Shown here: piece after piece, positions 1-12,530 of the stretch
How the letters are laid out: each line of letters starts with the position of its first letter
Numbering within the stretch: position 1 is the stretch's first letter
Assembly: GCF_036365525.1 (NCBI RefSeq)
Contig: NC_090399.1
Location: 66,210,862-66,274,861, forward strand
Direction of reading: 5' to 3'
Origin: Heterodontus francisci
Lineage: Eukaryota
Length of the DNA: 64,000 nucleotides
Translations under genes and position numbers: made by a program
The notes under the pieces: model-generated
Told to the model about the DNA's origin: nothing
Databases searched by the model: none
What the model saw: only the letters and a program-made list of their open reading frames with translations

Positions 1-476
1 TTTCAGAGCATGACAGCCCCCCACTTTACTTTCATTTTTAGTCATTTTTAGTTATTTTTTCTTCCTTTTTTTTTTGCATTCCTTTTTACATTTTTTACAA
101 TCTTTTTTTGCATTTATTTCATTTCATCTTAGTTTGTTCAGTTTGCTTACCCACTGTTTTTTTCAGGTTGTTTTTCTTCAGGTTTGCACTTGCTGCTGTT
201 CAATATTCAGTATATTCACACCTAATCTGTACTAATGCTTTGTCTTTCAACACACCATTAACATATTGTTTGCCTTTGCTCCGTGACCTTTTGGTCAGCT
301 ATGTGGCCTGGTCCAATCTGCACCTTCTCCTTTGTTATCTCTTGCCCAACCCCCACCTCACTTGTTTATAATCTGTGACTTTTCTAATATTTGTCAGTTC
401 CGAAGAAGGGTCACTGACCCGAAACGTTAACTCTGCTTCTCTTTCCACAGATGCTGCCAGACCTGCTGAGTGAATC
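1..476 (+). mobile_element. Penelope-like element 3' terminal repeat (pLTR) with degenerate minimal hammerhead motif
   Basis: T-rich tract then GTCAGTTCCGAAGAAGGGTCACTGACCCGAAACGTTAACTC...CCACAGATGCTGCC, homologous to 43001-43100 downstream of the Penelope ORF in this window. Confidence 0.7.
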
Positions 477-526
477 CAACCTCCTATCCTATGTGCTTTA
501 ACTTTGCTAACCAACCTCCTGTAGAG

Positions 527-710
527 GACATTGTATGTTTTCAAGAAGGGGTTAGATATAGCTCTTGGGTTTAAAGGGATCAAAGGATATGGGGCGAAAG
601 CGGGAACAGGTTACTGAGTTGGATGATCAGCCATGATCATAATGAAAGGCAGAGCAGGCTTGAAGGGCCGAATGGCCTACTCCTGCTTCTATTTTCTACG
701 TTTCTATGTT
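527..710 (+). mobile_element. CR1 LINE 3' tail (5'-truncated), nested in an older CR1
   Basis: Near-identical to the 3' end of CR1 copies at 2103-2290(-) and 32850-32990(+); ends in TTCTACGTTTCTATGTT. Confidence 0.8.
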
Positions 711-2100
711 TTATCAAAAGCCTCCTGAAAATCCAAGTACACCACCAACTCCCCTTTATCAATTCTGTTCGTAACATCCTCAGAAAACTCCAACAGGTTC
801 GTCAAACATGATTTCCCATTCATAAATCCATGTTGACTATGCCCAATCGGATCATTGTTATCCAAGTGTCCATTTATCACATCCTTTAGGATAGATTCTA
901 ACATTTTCCCAATGACTGTGTAAGGCTAACAGGTCGGTAATTCCCTGTTTTCTCTCTCTCTCCCTTCTTAAATAGTGAGGTGACATTTGTGACCTTCCAA
1001 ACTGCAGGAACCGCTCCAGAATCTATAGAATTTTGGAAGATGATCACCAATGCATCCACTATCTCCAATCTCCATAGCGACCTCTTTCAACACTCTGGGA
1101 TGTAGAATATCAGGTCCTGGGGACTTATCAACATTCAGCCCCATAAATCTCTCCAATACAACTTTCTTACTAATACCAATTTCCTTCAATTCCTCATTCT
1201 TCCTAATACCTTGGATCTCTAATTCTGGGAGATTTCTTGTATCTTCCTCAGTGAAGACAGACACAAAGTCATCATTTAGCTTCTCTGCCATTTTTCTATT
1301 CCCCAGACTCTGTCTGTCATGGACCCACATTTGATTTAGCCAAATATTTCCTTTTTAGGTACCTGTAGGAGCTTTTACAGTCTGTTTTTATATTTTTTGC
1401 TAGTTTACATTCATATTCTATTCTCCCTTTCTTTATCAGATCCATTGCCCTCCTTTGCTGTATTCTAAAATCCTCAGGTTTACTACTACGTATTTATTTT
1501 TTATTTATTTATAGATACAGCACTGAAACAGGCCCTTCGGCCCATTGAGTCTGTGCCGACCAACAACCACCCATTTATACTAATCCTGCATTAACCCCAT
1601 ATTCCCTACCACATCCCCACCATTCTCCTATCACCTACCTACACTAGGGGAAACTTACAATGGCCAATTTACCTATCAACCTGCAAGTCTTTAGCTGTGG
1701 GAGGAAACCGGAGCACCCGGAGGAAACCCACACGGTCACAAGGAGAACTTACAAACTCCACACAGGCAGTACCCAGAACTGAACCCAGGTCGCTGGAGCT
1801 GTGAGGCTGCAGTGCTAACCACTGCAACACTGTGCCGCCCACTGTGCTGTACTTCTGGCATCTTTATAGGCCTTTTCTTTTAATCTTATGCAATCCTTAA
1901 CATCCTTTGTTATCCAGTTGACTGCCTTAACGTTTGGGGTTTTTATGCCTTGAAGGGATGTATAGTTGCTGTAAACTATGTAATATTTCTTTAAAGACTA
2001 TCCGTTGTCTCTGTACTGTCAGACCTTTTAATGTATTTTCCCAATCCACCACAGCCAATTTGCCCATCATACGTTCATAATTTCCTTTGTTCAAATTTCA
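711..2100 (-). mobile_element. Decayed CR1 LINE ORF2 fragment (interrupted by a SINE)
   Basis: Minus ORFs with KSPGPDILHPRVLKE, SQHGFMNGKSCLTNLLEF, VYLDFQEAFDK. Confidence 0.85.
1493..1840 (-). mobile_element. HE1-type tRNA-derived V-SINE, full length
   Basis: Minus strand begins GGGCGGCACAGTG...GTGGTTAGCACT (A box), GGGTTC (B box), V-domain GGGTTTCCTCCGGGTGCTCCGGTTTCCTCCCAC, CR1-like tail and (TAAA)n end. Confidence 0.85.
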
Positions 2101-2102
2101 CA

Positions 2103-4640
2103 CATAGAAACATAGAAAATAGAAGCAGGAGTAGGCCATTCGGCCCTTCAAGCCTGCTTCTCCATTCATTATGATCATGGCTGATCATCCAACTCAGTAA
2201 CCTGTTCCCGCTTTCCCCCCATATCCTTTGATCCCTTTAAACCCAAGAGCTATATCTAACTCCTTCTTGAAAACATACAATGTTTTGACCTCAACTGCTT
2301 TCTGTGGTAGCGAATTCCACAGGCTCACCACTCTCTGGGTGAAGAAATTTCTCCTCATCTCAATCCTGAAACCTTTACCCCATATCCTTGGACTATGACC
2401 CCTGGTTCTGGACTCCCCCATCATCGGGAACATCCTTCCTGCATCTAACCTGTCAAGCCCTGTTAGAATTTTATAGGTTTCTCTGAGATCCCCCCCCCCC
2501 CCACTCTTCTGAACTCCAGCGAATATAAACCTAATCAACTCAATCTCTCCTCATATGTCAGTCCTGCCATCCCAGGAATCAGTCTGGTAAACCTTCGCTG
2601 CACTCCCTCTATAGCAAGAACATCCTTCTTCAGATAAGGAGACCAAAACTGCACACAATATTCCAGGTGTGGCCTCACCAAGGCCCTGTATAATTGCAGC
2701 AAGACATCCCTGCTCCTGTACTCGAATCCTCTCGCTATGAAGGCCAACATACCATTTGCCTTTTTTACCGCTTGTTGCACCTGCATGCTTACCTTCAGCG
2801 ACTGGTGTACGAGAACACCCAGGTCTCGTTGCATATTCCCATCTCTCAGTTTATAGCCGCTCAGATAATAATCTGCCTTCCTGTTTTTGCTACCAAAGTG
2901 GATAACCTCACATTTATCCACATTATAGTGCATCTGTCATGCATTTGCCCACTCACTCAACTTGTCCAAATCACCCTGAAGCCTCTCTGCATCCTCCTCA
3001 CAACTCACCCTCCCACCCAGTTTTGTGTCATCTGCAAATTTGGAGATATTACATTTAGTTCCCTCATCTAAATCATTAATATATATTGTAAATAGCTGGG
3101 GTCCTCGCACCGATCCCTGTGGTACCCCACTAGTCACTGCCTGACATTCGGAAAAAGACCCATTTATCCCTCCTCTTTGTTTCCTGTCTGCCAACCAATG
3201 TTCTATCCATTGCAATACACTACCCCCAATCCCATGCATTTTAACTTTACACGCTAATCTCTCATGTGGGACTTTGTCGAAAGCCTTTTGAAAGTCCAAA
3301 TAAACCACATCCACTGGCTCCCCCTCATCAACTCTCCTAGTTACATCCTCGAAGAATTCTCGTAGATTTGTCAAGCATGATTTCCCTTTCGTAAATCCAT
3401 GCTGACTCTGTCCGATTCTACCACTGTTCTCCAAGTGCTCTGTTATAAAATCTTTGATAATGGACTCTAGAATTTTCCCCTCAGTCTGGCTTCAGATTGA
3501 ACTTTCTCACTTTCAAACATAATGTAAAATTTTATCATATTATGGTCACTCATCCCTAAAGGTTCTTTTACAACAAGATTATTAATTAGCCCTTTTTCAT
3601 TACATAATACTCGATCTAAAATAGCCTCTTCTCTTGTCGGTTCCTTAACATTTTGCTCTAGAAAACCATCCCGAACACACTCCAGAAACTTGTCCTCCAC
3701 AGTATTAGTGCTCATTAGATTTACCCAGTCTACATGCAGATTGAAGTCACCCATGATTATTTTATTACCCATGCCACATGCTTCTCTAATCTCCTGATTA
3801 ATACCATGTCCCACACTACCACTACAGTTTGGTGGCCTATAAACAACTCCTACCAGTGTTAGCTGCCCCTTGCTGTTTCCTAGCTCCACCCAAACTGATT
3901 CCACATTTTGTTCTTCTGAACTGAGATCCTCCCTTATTAATATACTGATTCCATTCCTTATTATCAGTGCAACACCACCTCCTTTTCCTTTTTTTCTGTC
4001 CTTCCTAAATGTTGAATATCCTTGAATATTCAGTTCCCAGTTTTGGTCACCCTGTAGCCACATTTCTGTTATGGTAATTAGATCATACCTATTTACCTCT
4101 ATTTGGGCCTTTAAATCATCTCCCTTGTTGCAAATGCTGTGTGCATTCAGTTAGAGTGCCCTTAACCTTGTCTTCTTGACATTATTCTGCATTCTAAGCC
4201 TAGTTGTTGCTTGCTTTTGTTTCGCCTGCTTTCAAATGTCACTTGCTACTTTTCTACCTCATATTGCTTCCTTCTAATTTGAGCTTCCCCTCAGGTTCCC
4301 ATCCCCCTGACAAGCTAGTTTAAACCCTCCCCAACAGCACTAGCAAATATCTCTGCGAGGATGTTAGTTCCGGTCCTGTTAAGGTGTAGCCCGTCCATCT
4401 TGTACAGGTCCCACCTGCCCCAGAACAGGTCCCAATGCCTCAGAAATCAGATGCCCTCCATCCTGCACCAATTCTCCAGTCACGTGTTCAATCGATCAAT
4501 TCTCCTATTCCTATGCTTATAGCACATGGCTGTGGGAGTAATCCTGAGATTACTGCTCTTGAAGTCCTGTTTTTTAATTTCCTTCCTAACTCCCTAAAAT
4601 CTGCTTTCAGGACCTCATCCATCTTCCTACCTATTGCAGG
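2103..4640 (-). mobile_element. CR1 LINE: RT and 3' tail (2103-3480) joined to an APE endonuclease region (3480-4640)
   Basis: ORFs with [28 protein letters not shown]; APE motifs GVVYRPP, MGDFN, SDHN; (TTCTATG)-type tail at 2103; stops and frameshifts present. Confidence 0.9.
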
Positions 4641-4805
4641 ACCTCATCCCTATTCCTGTACATATTATGGCACGTTGTTCCCTTAGGGTCAATCCAGCGA
4701 GGACGTTCACAGGGTTTGTGGGAGGACCTGATGAAGGTCAACCCAGAGAGTGCCAAAGGACTGGAGGCTCCACGCACATTGACAAAGCTGACTGGTGCCC
4801 TGCAC

Positions 4806-5020
4806 TGTAGTATAATGCACATGAGCTATTGCTGGGTAGATTATGTATATAGACCATAAACATCATCACAGGATGTGATGTCACGAGTCTGAACCTCGTG
4901 TTGCTCAGTGATAATGAGTGATAATTAGAGATAAGACCCCTGTTCATAAACTGCTGTTACTTTGACCCAAAGTATGCTATTAACAGGACAATGCCCAGTA
5001 TAGTACATGGTGGCAGCAGT
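4806..5020 (+). mobile_element. Probable 5' LTR (~202 bp) and primer-binding site of a Ty3/Gypsy element
   Basis: TGTAGTATA...TATAGTACA imperfect terminal inverted repeat (4806-5007) followed immediately by TGGTGGCAGCAG, a tRNA-3'-complementary PBS; gag/pol remnants lie downstream. Confidence 0.65.
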
Positions 5021-5349
5021 AAAAATGAATTTTGTAGGGTAATGATAGAAGATGTCAAAAACATTGGAGAGAAGCATGGAAAAGTCGATACCCTTACTGG
5101 AGAGCTTCGAGCCAGTGGCTGGGCCCAGCCAGGCCGAGGTATGGCTGAGGTAGATGTGAAGATTTGATAGGTACCGTTCTGCATTGGATTTGTCAGCACA
5201 ACTAGACAGGGAACAGAAACAGAAACATAGAAAATAGGAGCAGGAGCAGGCCATTCGGCCCTTCGAACCTGCTCTACCTTTCAAAAAAGATCATGGCTGA
5301 TCGTCTAATTCAGTACCCTGTTCCCGCTTTCTCCCCATATCCCTTTGGC

Positions 5350-5690
5350 ATTAAGAAATATATCTATCTCACAGGTCAGTGTTTTATTTTACACCATGGG
5401 AGACAGTGCAGATGACATTTTAACTACCCTGGGGATCGGTGAGCTTGTTTAATCGATAGATTTCTGAATACTAATGACATCGAGGGATATGGTGATAGTG
5501 GGGAAAAATGCTGTAGAGGCAGATGATCAGCCATGATCTGATTGAATTGTGGAGCAGGCTCGATGGGCCGAATGGCCTATTCCTGCTCCGATTTCCTATT
5601 ATTCTCTAAAGCCTTGGACAGATACTTTAGATCAAAAAGAATGTTTTCGTAGAAAGGCTGAAATTCAACAAACGCATTCAAAAGCAAGAT
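5350..5690 (+). mobile_element. Gypsy gag remnants split by a CR1 tail
   Basis: Manual translation QVSVLFYTMGDSADDILTTLG (~5352) and KALDRYF..KNVFVERLKFNKRIQ (~5608), continuing at ~7762 as Q..GESIVTFINDL. Confidence 0.55.
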
Positions 5691-5832
5691 TCTACAGCAC
5701 AGTGTAGGCATGTCCCCACACACCAAATCTAGAGCCCCCTGGTTATCTAGGAGCATCAAGGATAAGATAAAGCAGAAAGAAAAGCTTATGACAATCACAA
5801 AAAACTTTAGAAAGCCTAGAGAAGTATAGAAA

Positions 5833-6138
5833 CCGAGTCTGTGCCAATCATCAACCACCCATTTATACTAATCCTATACTAATTCCATATTCCTACCACA
5901 TCCCCACCTGTCCCTATATTTCCCTACCACCTACCTATACTAGGGGTAATTTATAATGGCCAATTTACCTATCAACCTGCAAGTCTTTGGCATGTGGGAG
6001 GAAACCGGAGCACCCGGAGGAAACACACGCAGACACAGGGAGAACTTGCAAACTCCACACAGACAGTACCCGGAATTGAACCCAGGTCGCCGGAGCTGTG
6101 AGGCTGCGGTGCTAACCACTGCGCCACTGTGCCGCCCC
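5833..6138 (-). mobile_element. HE1-type V-SINE
   Basis: Highly similar to 1493-1840; tRNA head GGGGCGGCACAGTGGCGCAGTGGTTAGC and V-domain present. Confidence 0.85.
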
Positions 6139-6149
6139 TATGTACCATT

Positions 6150-7760
6150 AGCAAATGAGAGAGGAAGTACGAGAGGGTCTGACATCTTTGAAAGTGGATA
6201 AATCACGGTTTGCATCCCGGGTTGTTAAAGGAAGCCAGGGAGGAAATAGTGGGTGCACTTGGGATCATCTTCAAATCCTCACTGGATACAGGAGAGGTAC
6301 CAGAGGATTGGAGGTCTGCAAACGTTGTACTATTGTTTAAAAAGGGTGCGAGGGATAGGCCAAATAATTATAGGCCGGTCAGTCCAACATCGGTGGTGGG
6401 TAAATTATTAGAATCTATTCTGAGAGACAGAATAAATTATCACTTAGAAAGGTACAGATTGATCAGGGATAGTCAGCATGGATTTGTTAAGGGAAGGTCA
6501 TGTCTTACTAACTTGATTGAGTTTTTTGAGGAAGTAACCAGGAGGATTGATAAGGGCAGTGCAGTGGATGTAGTCTACATGGATTTTAGTAAGGCATTTG
6601 ACAAGGTCCCGCATGGCAGACTGGTCAGTAAAATGAAAGCCCATGGGATACAGGGGAATGTGGAAGGTTGGATCCAGAATTGGCTCAGGGTACAGGAAAC
6701 AAAGGGTAGTAGTTGACGGATGTTTTTGTGAATGGAAAGCTCTTTCCAGTGGCGTTCCACAGGGATCAGGGTTGAGTCCTGTGCTGTTTGTGATATATAT
6801 TAATGATTTGGACTTAAATGTGGGAGGCATGATTGGGAAATTTGCAGATGACATAAAAATTGGCCGTGTAGTTAATAGTAGTTAATAATCACTCCAGAAT
6901 GATATCAATGGTTTAGTTGAGTGGGCAGAAAAGAGGTAAATGGAATTCAATCAAGAGAAGTGTGAGGTATTGCATTTGGGGAGGGCAAACAAAGCAAGGG
7001 AATACACAATAAAAGAGAGAATATTGAGAGGGGTAGAAGAAGTGAGACTCCTTGGAGTGCATGTCCACAGGTCCCTGAAGGTGGCAGGACATGTAGATAG
7101 AGTGGTGAAGAAGGCAAATGGAATTCTTTCCTTTATTGGCCAAGGTATAGAATAGAAAAGCAGGGATGTGATGCTGGAACTGTATAAAACACTGGTTAAG
7201 CCACAGCTGGAGTATTGTGTACAGTTCTGGTCACCACCTTACAGGAAGGACGTAATTGCTTTGGAGAGAGTACAGAGGAGATTTACAAGAATGGTACCAG
7301 GGCTTGAAAGTTGCAGCTATGAGGAAAGATTGGATAGGCGAGAGTTGTTTTCCTTAGAACAGAGGAGGCTGAGGGGTGACTTAATTCAGGTGTACAAAAT
7401 TATGAGGAGCCGAGATAGAGTAGACAGGAAGGACCTGTTTCCCCTAGCAGAGAGGTCAATTACCAGGGGGCACAGATTTAAGGTGAATGGTTGAAGGATT
7501 AGAGGGGACATGAGGAAAACCTTTTTCACTCAGAGGGTGCTGGGTATCTGGAATTCACTGCCTGGATCAGTGGTGGAGGCAGAAACCCTCAACTCATTTA
7601 AAAGGTACCTGGACATGTTCCTGAAATGCTGTAACCTGCAAAGCTACGGACCAGGTGTTGGAAGGTGGGATTAAATTAGGTGGTTGTTTTTGTTTTGGCC
7701 AGTACAGACACAAGGGGCTGAATGGTCTCCTTCTGTACCATAATTTTTTTATGGTTCTAT
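6150..7760 (+). mobile_element. 5'-truncated CR1 LINE (RT and 3' tail) inserted in the Gypsy gag
   Basis: [51 protein letters not shown]; ends TTCTATG. Confidence 0.9.
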
Positions 7761-7761
7761 G

Positions 7762-9548
7762 CATGCAAAAATGTGGTGAAAGTATCGTTACATTTATTAA
7801 TGATCTATATAAAATAGCTGAGCATTGCGAGTTTGTGAGCTTGCGAGATGAACTGATTCAGGTCAGAATAGGAGTCAAGGTTATAGTGGAAGCGCTGTCA
7901 GACCAGGTTCAGTTGAAAGAGGATTTCACTTTGCAAAAGGCCATTCTGTTGAGCAGGCAGAGGTCTTAAAATTTAATCCACTACTGGTTCAGTGGGGATC
8001 GGGGTTTCCAACCTCGAAAATTATGGAATCAGTTGAGTTTGTGGGGAAGACAGAGAATAATGGCGGCAAAAAGCTCGAGAGGCAGGGAAGATACCCACAG
8101 GCAGAAGCATTGAATTGCAGTAAGTGTGACTGGGAGCGGCATCGGCGGGAAAGTTGTCCAGTCCAGGAAGCTGAATGTTTCTGCTGCAAGAAAGTGGGGC
8201 ACTTTCAGCAGGTCAGTCGCAACAGGAAACAAATGCTGCAGACAAGTTTAAAAAATGAACTAAAAGAAAATCAAATAATCAATACTCACATCCTTGGGGA
8301 AATTCAAGAGAAAAATGAAATTGTGGAAAGCAGAAATCTTAGTGGGAAAAATAAAACCAACTTCAAGTTAGATACAGGAGCAGCAGTTTCTGTCCAATCT
8401 GGCAAAACACCATGGCTGAGGGACAATTGGCTTAAGATAACCAATAAGAAATTATACAGGCCGGGAGGGATTCAATTAAGGGTTTTAGGAGACATACAAA
8501 TAACGTTAACGCACAAAAATAACACCATTCTGGAAACCCTATATGTTATAAAGAACCAAGCCTGTTCACTACTCAGTAAGAAAACTTGTTTAGCCTTACA
8601 GCTGTAATGCAGGGTGGAAGAGATCAAAGGACAAGAGAAACAGCTCAGTGATTTTAGAGCTGAATTGCCCAAATTATTTGAAGGTTTGGGAAAATTAAAA
8701 ACAGTCTATCACATTACTCGCAACAAAGAGACAGAACCATTATGTTTGTTCACACCGAGAAAGGTCCCACACCCACTCCTGGAAAAGTTAAAGAAGGAAA
8801 TTGATGCCCTGCTAAACCAAGGAGTTATTTCTGCAATAACTAAACCCACATTGGTGCACCGGGATGTTCCAGTAAAGAAACCAAATGGGTCTATTAGGAT
8901 TTATGTGGACCTTACCAACTCAATAAAACTATAGAGAGAGAGAGTCACCCGATGGCATTAGTTGATGTCAGCCTTGCCAAATTGGAAAAAAGCTCCATAT
9001 TCACTAAACTGCATGCAAATAGTGGATTTTGGTAGTTGCGTTTAGACAATGAGTCTAAATTGTTAACTACCTTCATCACACCCTTCAGAAGAGTCTGTTT
9101 CAACAGATTACCAGTCAGTATTGCATCAGCACCAGAGATATTCCAGCAGACAATGTCAAATTTCCTGGAAGGCTTAGAAGGGATCATCTGCCACATGGAT
9201 GATGTTCTGATTCATGGAGCAATCGATGAAGAACACGACATAAGGGTAAGGGCTGAATTATACAGATTATAAGAGGCTGGTCTCACATTTCCTTGGCCAC
9301 ATAATTGATGGATCCGGCATCAGGATAGATCCACAGAGGACGAAGACAATACAAGATTTCCCAGAGCCAAAGAACATAACGGATTCACAGTGATTCATGG
9401 GTATGGTTAACCAGGTAGGGAAATTCCTACCAAATCTAACCACTATTAATGAGCCTTTACAACAACTGCTAAAGAGAAGCAATGGCTGATTCTGGGGTGA
9501 CTGCCGGAAAGATTCTTTTGAGAAGATCAGGAAATGCTAACTTCATCA
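7762..9548 (+). mobile_element. Decayed Ty3/Gypsy gag-pol (zinc knuckles, aspartic protease, RT)
   Basis: CFCCKKVGHF knuckle, FKLDTGAAVS protease, PVKKPNGSIRIYVD, TTFITPF, SAPEIFQ, CHMDDVLI; many stops and frameshifts. Confidence 0.9.
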
Positions 9549-10625
9549 GAACAAAGAACAGTACAGCACAGGAACAGGCCATTCGGCCCTCCAAGCCTGC
9601 GCCGATCTTGATGCCTGCCTAAACTAAAACCTTCTGCACTTCCGGGGACCGTATCCCTCTATTCCCATCCTATTCATGTATTTGTCAAGATGCCTCTTAA
9701 ACATTGCTATCGTATCTGCTTCCACCACCTCCCCTGGCAGCAAGTTCCAGGCACTCACCACCCTCTGTGTAACGAACTTGCCTCACACATCCCCTCTAAA
9801 CTTTGCCCCTCGCACCTTAAACCTATGTCCCCTAGTAACTGACTCTTCCACCCTGGGAAAAATCTTCTGACTATCCACTCTGTCCATGCCGCTCATAACT
9901 TTGTAAACCTCTATCATGTCGCCCCTCCACCTCCGTCGTTCCAGTGAAAACAATCCGAGTTTATCCAACCTCTCCTCATAGCTAATGCCCTCCAGAGCAG
10001 GCAACATCCTGGTAAACCTCTTCTGTACCCTCTCCAAAGCCTCCACGTCCTTCTGGTAGTGTGGCAACCAGAATTGCACGCAATATTCTAAGTATGGCCT
10101 AACTAAAGTTCTGTACAGCTGCAGCATGACTTGCCAATTTTTATACTCTATGCCCCGACCAATGAAGGCAAGCATGCCGTATGCCTTCTTGACTACCTTA
10201 TCCACCTGCGTTGACACTTTCAGTGACCTGTGGACCTATACGCCCAGATCTCTCCGCCTGTCAATACTCCTAAGTGTTCTGCCATTTACTGTATACTTCC
10301 CACCTGCATTAGACCTTCCAAAATGCATTGCCTCACATTTGTCCGGATTAAACTCCATCTGCCATTTCTCCGCCCAAGTCTCCAACCGATCTATATCCTG
10401 CTGTATCCTCTGACAATCCTCATCATTATCCGCAACTCCACCAACCTTTGTATCATCCGCAAACTTACTAATCAGACCAGATATATTTTCCTCCAAATCA
10501 TTTACATATATTACAAACAGCAAAGGTCCCAGCACTGATCCCTGCAGAACACCACTAGTCACAGCCCTCCATTCAGAAAAACACCCTTCCACTGCTCCCC
10601 TCTGTCTTCTATGACCGAACCAGAG
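9549..10625 (-). mobile_element. 5'-truncated CR1 LINE
   Basis: [29 protein letters not shown] on the minus strand; (GTTCTTT) tail at 9549. Confidence 0.9.
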
Positions 10626-11720
10626 CATGGATAGATGATTGGCTGGCTGGCAGAAAACAGACAGTATGCATAAATGGGTCCTTTTCTGAGTGGCAGGATG
10701 TGACAAGTGGAGTCTTGCAGGAGTCTGTGCTGGGGCCTTAACTTTTTACAATTTATATCAATGACTTCGATGAGGGGAGCGATGGCATGGTAACTAAATT
10801 TTCAGATGACACAAAGATAGGTAGGAAGTATGTTGTGAAGAGGATATAAGGAGGTTGCAGACCAATACAGATAGGTTGAGTGAGTGGGCAAACATCAGGC
10901 AGATGGAGTATAATGTGGGGAAATGTGAAGTTGTTCACTTTGGCAGGAAGAATAAAAAAGCAGAGTATTACTTAAACAGAGAACTACTGCAGAATTCCGA
11001 GGTGCAGAGAGATCTAGATGTTCTCGTGCATGAGTCACAAAAAGTTAGTATATAGGTACAGCAAGTGATAAAGAAGGTTCATGGAATGCTATCATTTATT
11101 ATGAGAGAAATTGAAAATAAAAGTAAGGATGTTATGCTTCAGTTAAACGGGGTATTGGTGAGGCCACATCTTGAATACTGTGTGCAGTTTTGGTCTCCAT
11201 ATTTAAGGAAGGATATAAATGCATAGGAGGCGGTTCAGAGGAGGTTTACTGGGTTGATACCTGGAATGAGCAGGTTGTCTTATGAAGAAAGGTTGGACTG
11301 GGGTGTTTTCACTGGAGTTTAGAAGAGTGAGGGGAGACTTGAAGTTTATAAGATCCTGAACGATCTTGACAAAGTGGATGTGGAAAGGATGTTTCTTCTT
11401 GTAGGTGAGTCCAGAACTAGGGGGCACTGTTTTAAAATTAGGGGTTGCCCTTTTAGGACAGAGATGAGGAGAATTTATTTTTCTCATAGAGGATTGTGCG
11501 ACTTTGGAACTCTCTGCCTCAGAAGGTGATGGAGGTGAGGTCATTTAATATTTTTAAGGCAAAGGTAGATAGATTCTTGTTAGGCAAGGTTATCGGGGTA
11601 GATGGGAATGTGGAATTCGAGACACAAACAGATAAGCCATGATCTTATTGAATGGTGGAGGAGGCTCGAGGGGCTGAATGGCCTACTTCTGCTCTTAATT
11701 CTTATGTATGTTCATCTGTT
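10626..11720 (+). mobile_element. Decayed 5'-truncated CR1 LINE
   Basis: QMEYNVGKCEVVHFG and [11 protein letters not shown] homology; typical 3' hairpin/tail near 11660-11710. Confidence 0.85.
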
Positions 11721-11874
11721 TGTATGAAATTGTATCGGGACTTGAAGGAAATAAACATGCAGGGCTTTGGGGATAGAATGAGGGAATGGGACTGACTGGA
11801 TTGCTGTACAGAGAGCTGGCATAGGCTGCATGGGCAGAATGGCCTCCTTCATATGACTCTATGCCCGTATGCCT

Positions 11875-12037
11875 CTAAGACGCACCTGAAAACCTACCTC
11901 ATTGACTGAGCTTTTGGTCGTCTTCCCTAATATCGCCTTATGTGGCTCAGTGTAATATTTTGTTTTATAACTCACCTGCGACGTGTCTTGGCACATTTTA
12001 TTATGGTAAAGGTGCTATATAAATACAAGTTGTTGGT
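11875..12037 (+). mobile_element. L2-type LINE/SINE 3' tail fragment
   Basis: CTGAAAACCTACCTC...GGTGCTATATAAATACAAGTTGTTG resembles L2-clade 3' ends. Confidence 0.45.
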
Positions 12038-12530
12038 GGGTATTTTACATTCAGTACTAGACCTACTCCCACCTGTAATGTACAGGTTCCGTGCTGAACT
12101 GAGTGTTTAAAGTCCAGGGAAAAACACTCAAAAATCACATTAAAGATTCTCAAACCTGTCATTGTGTTCAACTGGAATATTTAAATCCAGAAATATATCT
12201 CATGTCCAATAAAATTTCTAGCCACCAATGGGAACTCAGTGTTTTCCACATCATCAGTATCCGGGGAAAATCTCTCTGTGCCGGTTACCTTCAGCTTTCT
12301 AATTCAAACACTATTTGTCCAAAAGGAAACTCCAACAGTTTATGGGGATCACATTTCAAACAGAACTTTTCCCAACATTACAAAATTACTGATAACACCC
12401 AAAAAACCAAAATTTATAATTTTAACAAACACATTTAATTTCAGATTGCTTTTGTATTCTTAGTTTCCTTTCATTTGTTCTCATATTCATCAACAGATCA
12501 ACAAAGCAGCAAACATTCCCAGGACAGGTA

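Noticed and set aside
6060-6138. tRNA-like sequences (also 1770-1840)
   Set aside because: They are tRNA-derived SINE heads continuous with the V-domain body, not tRNA genes
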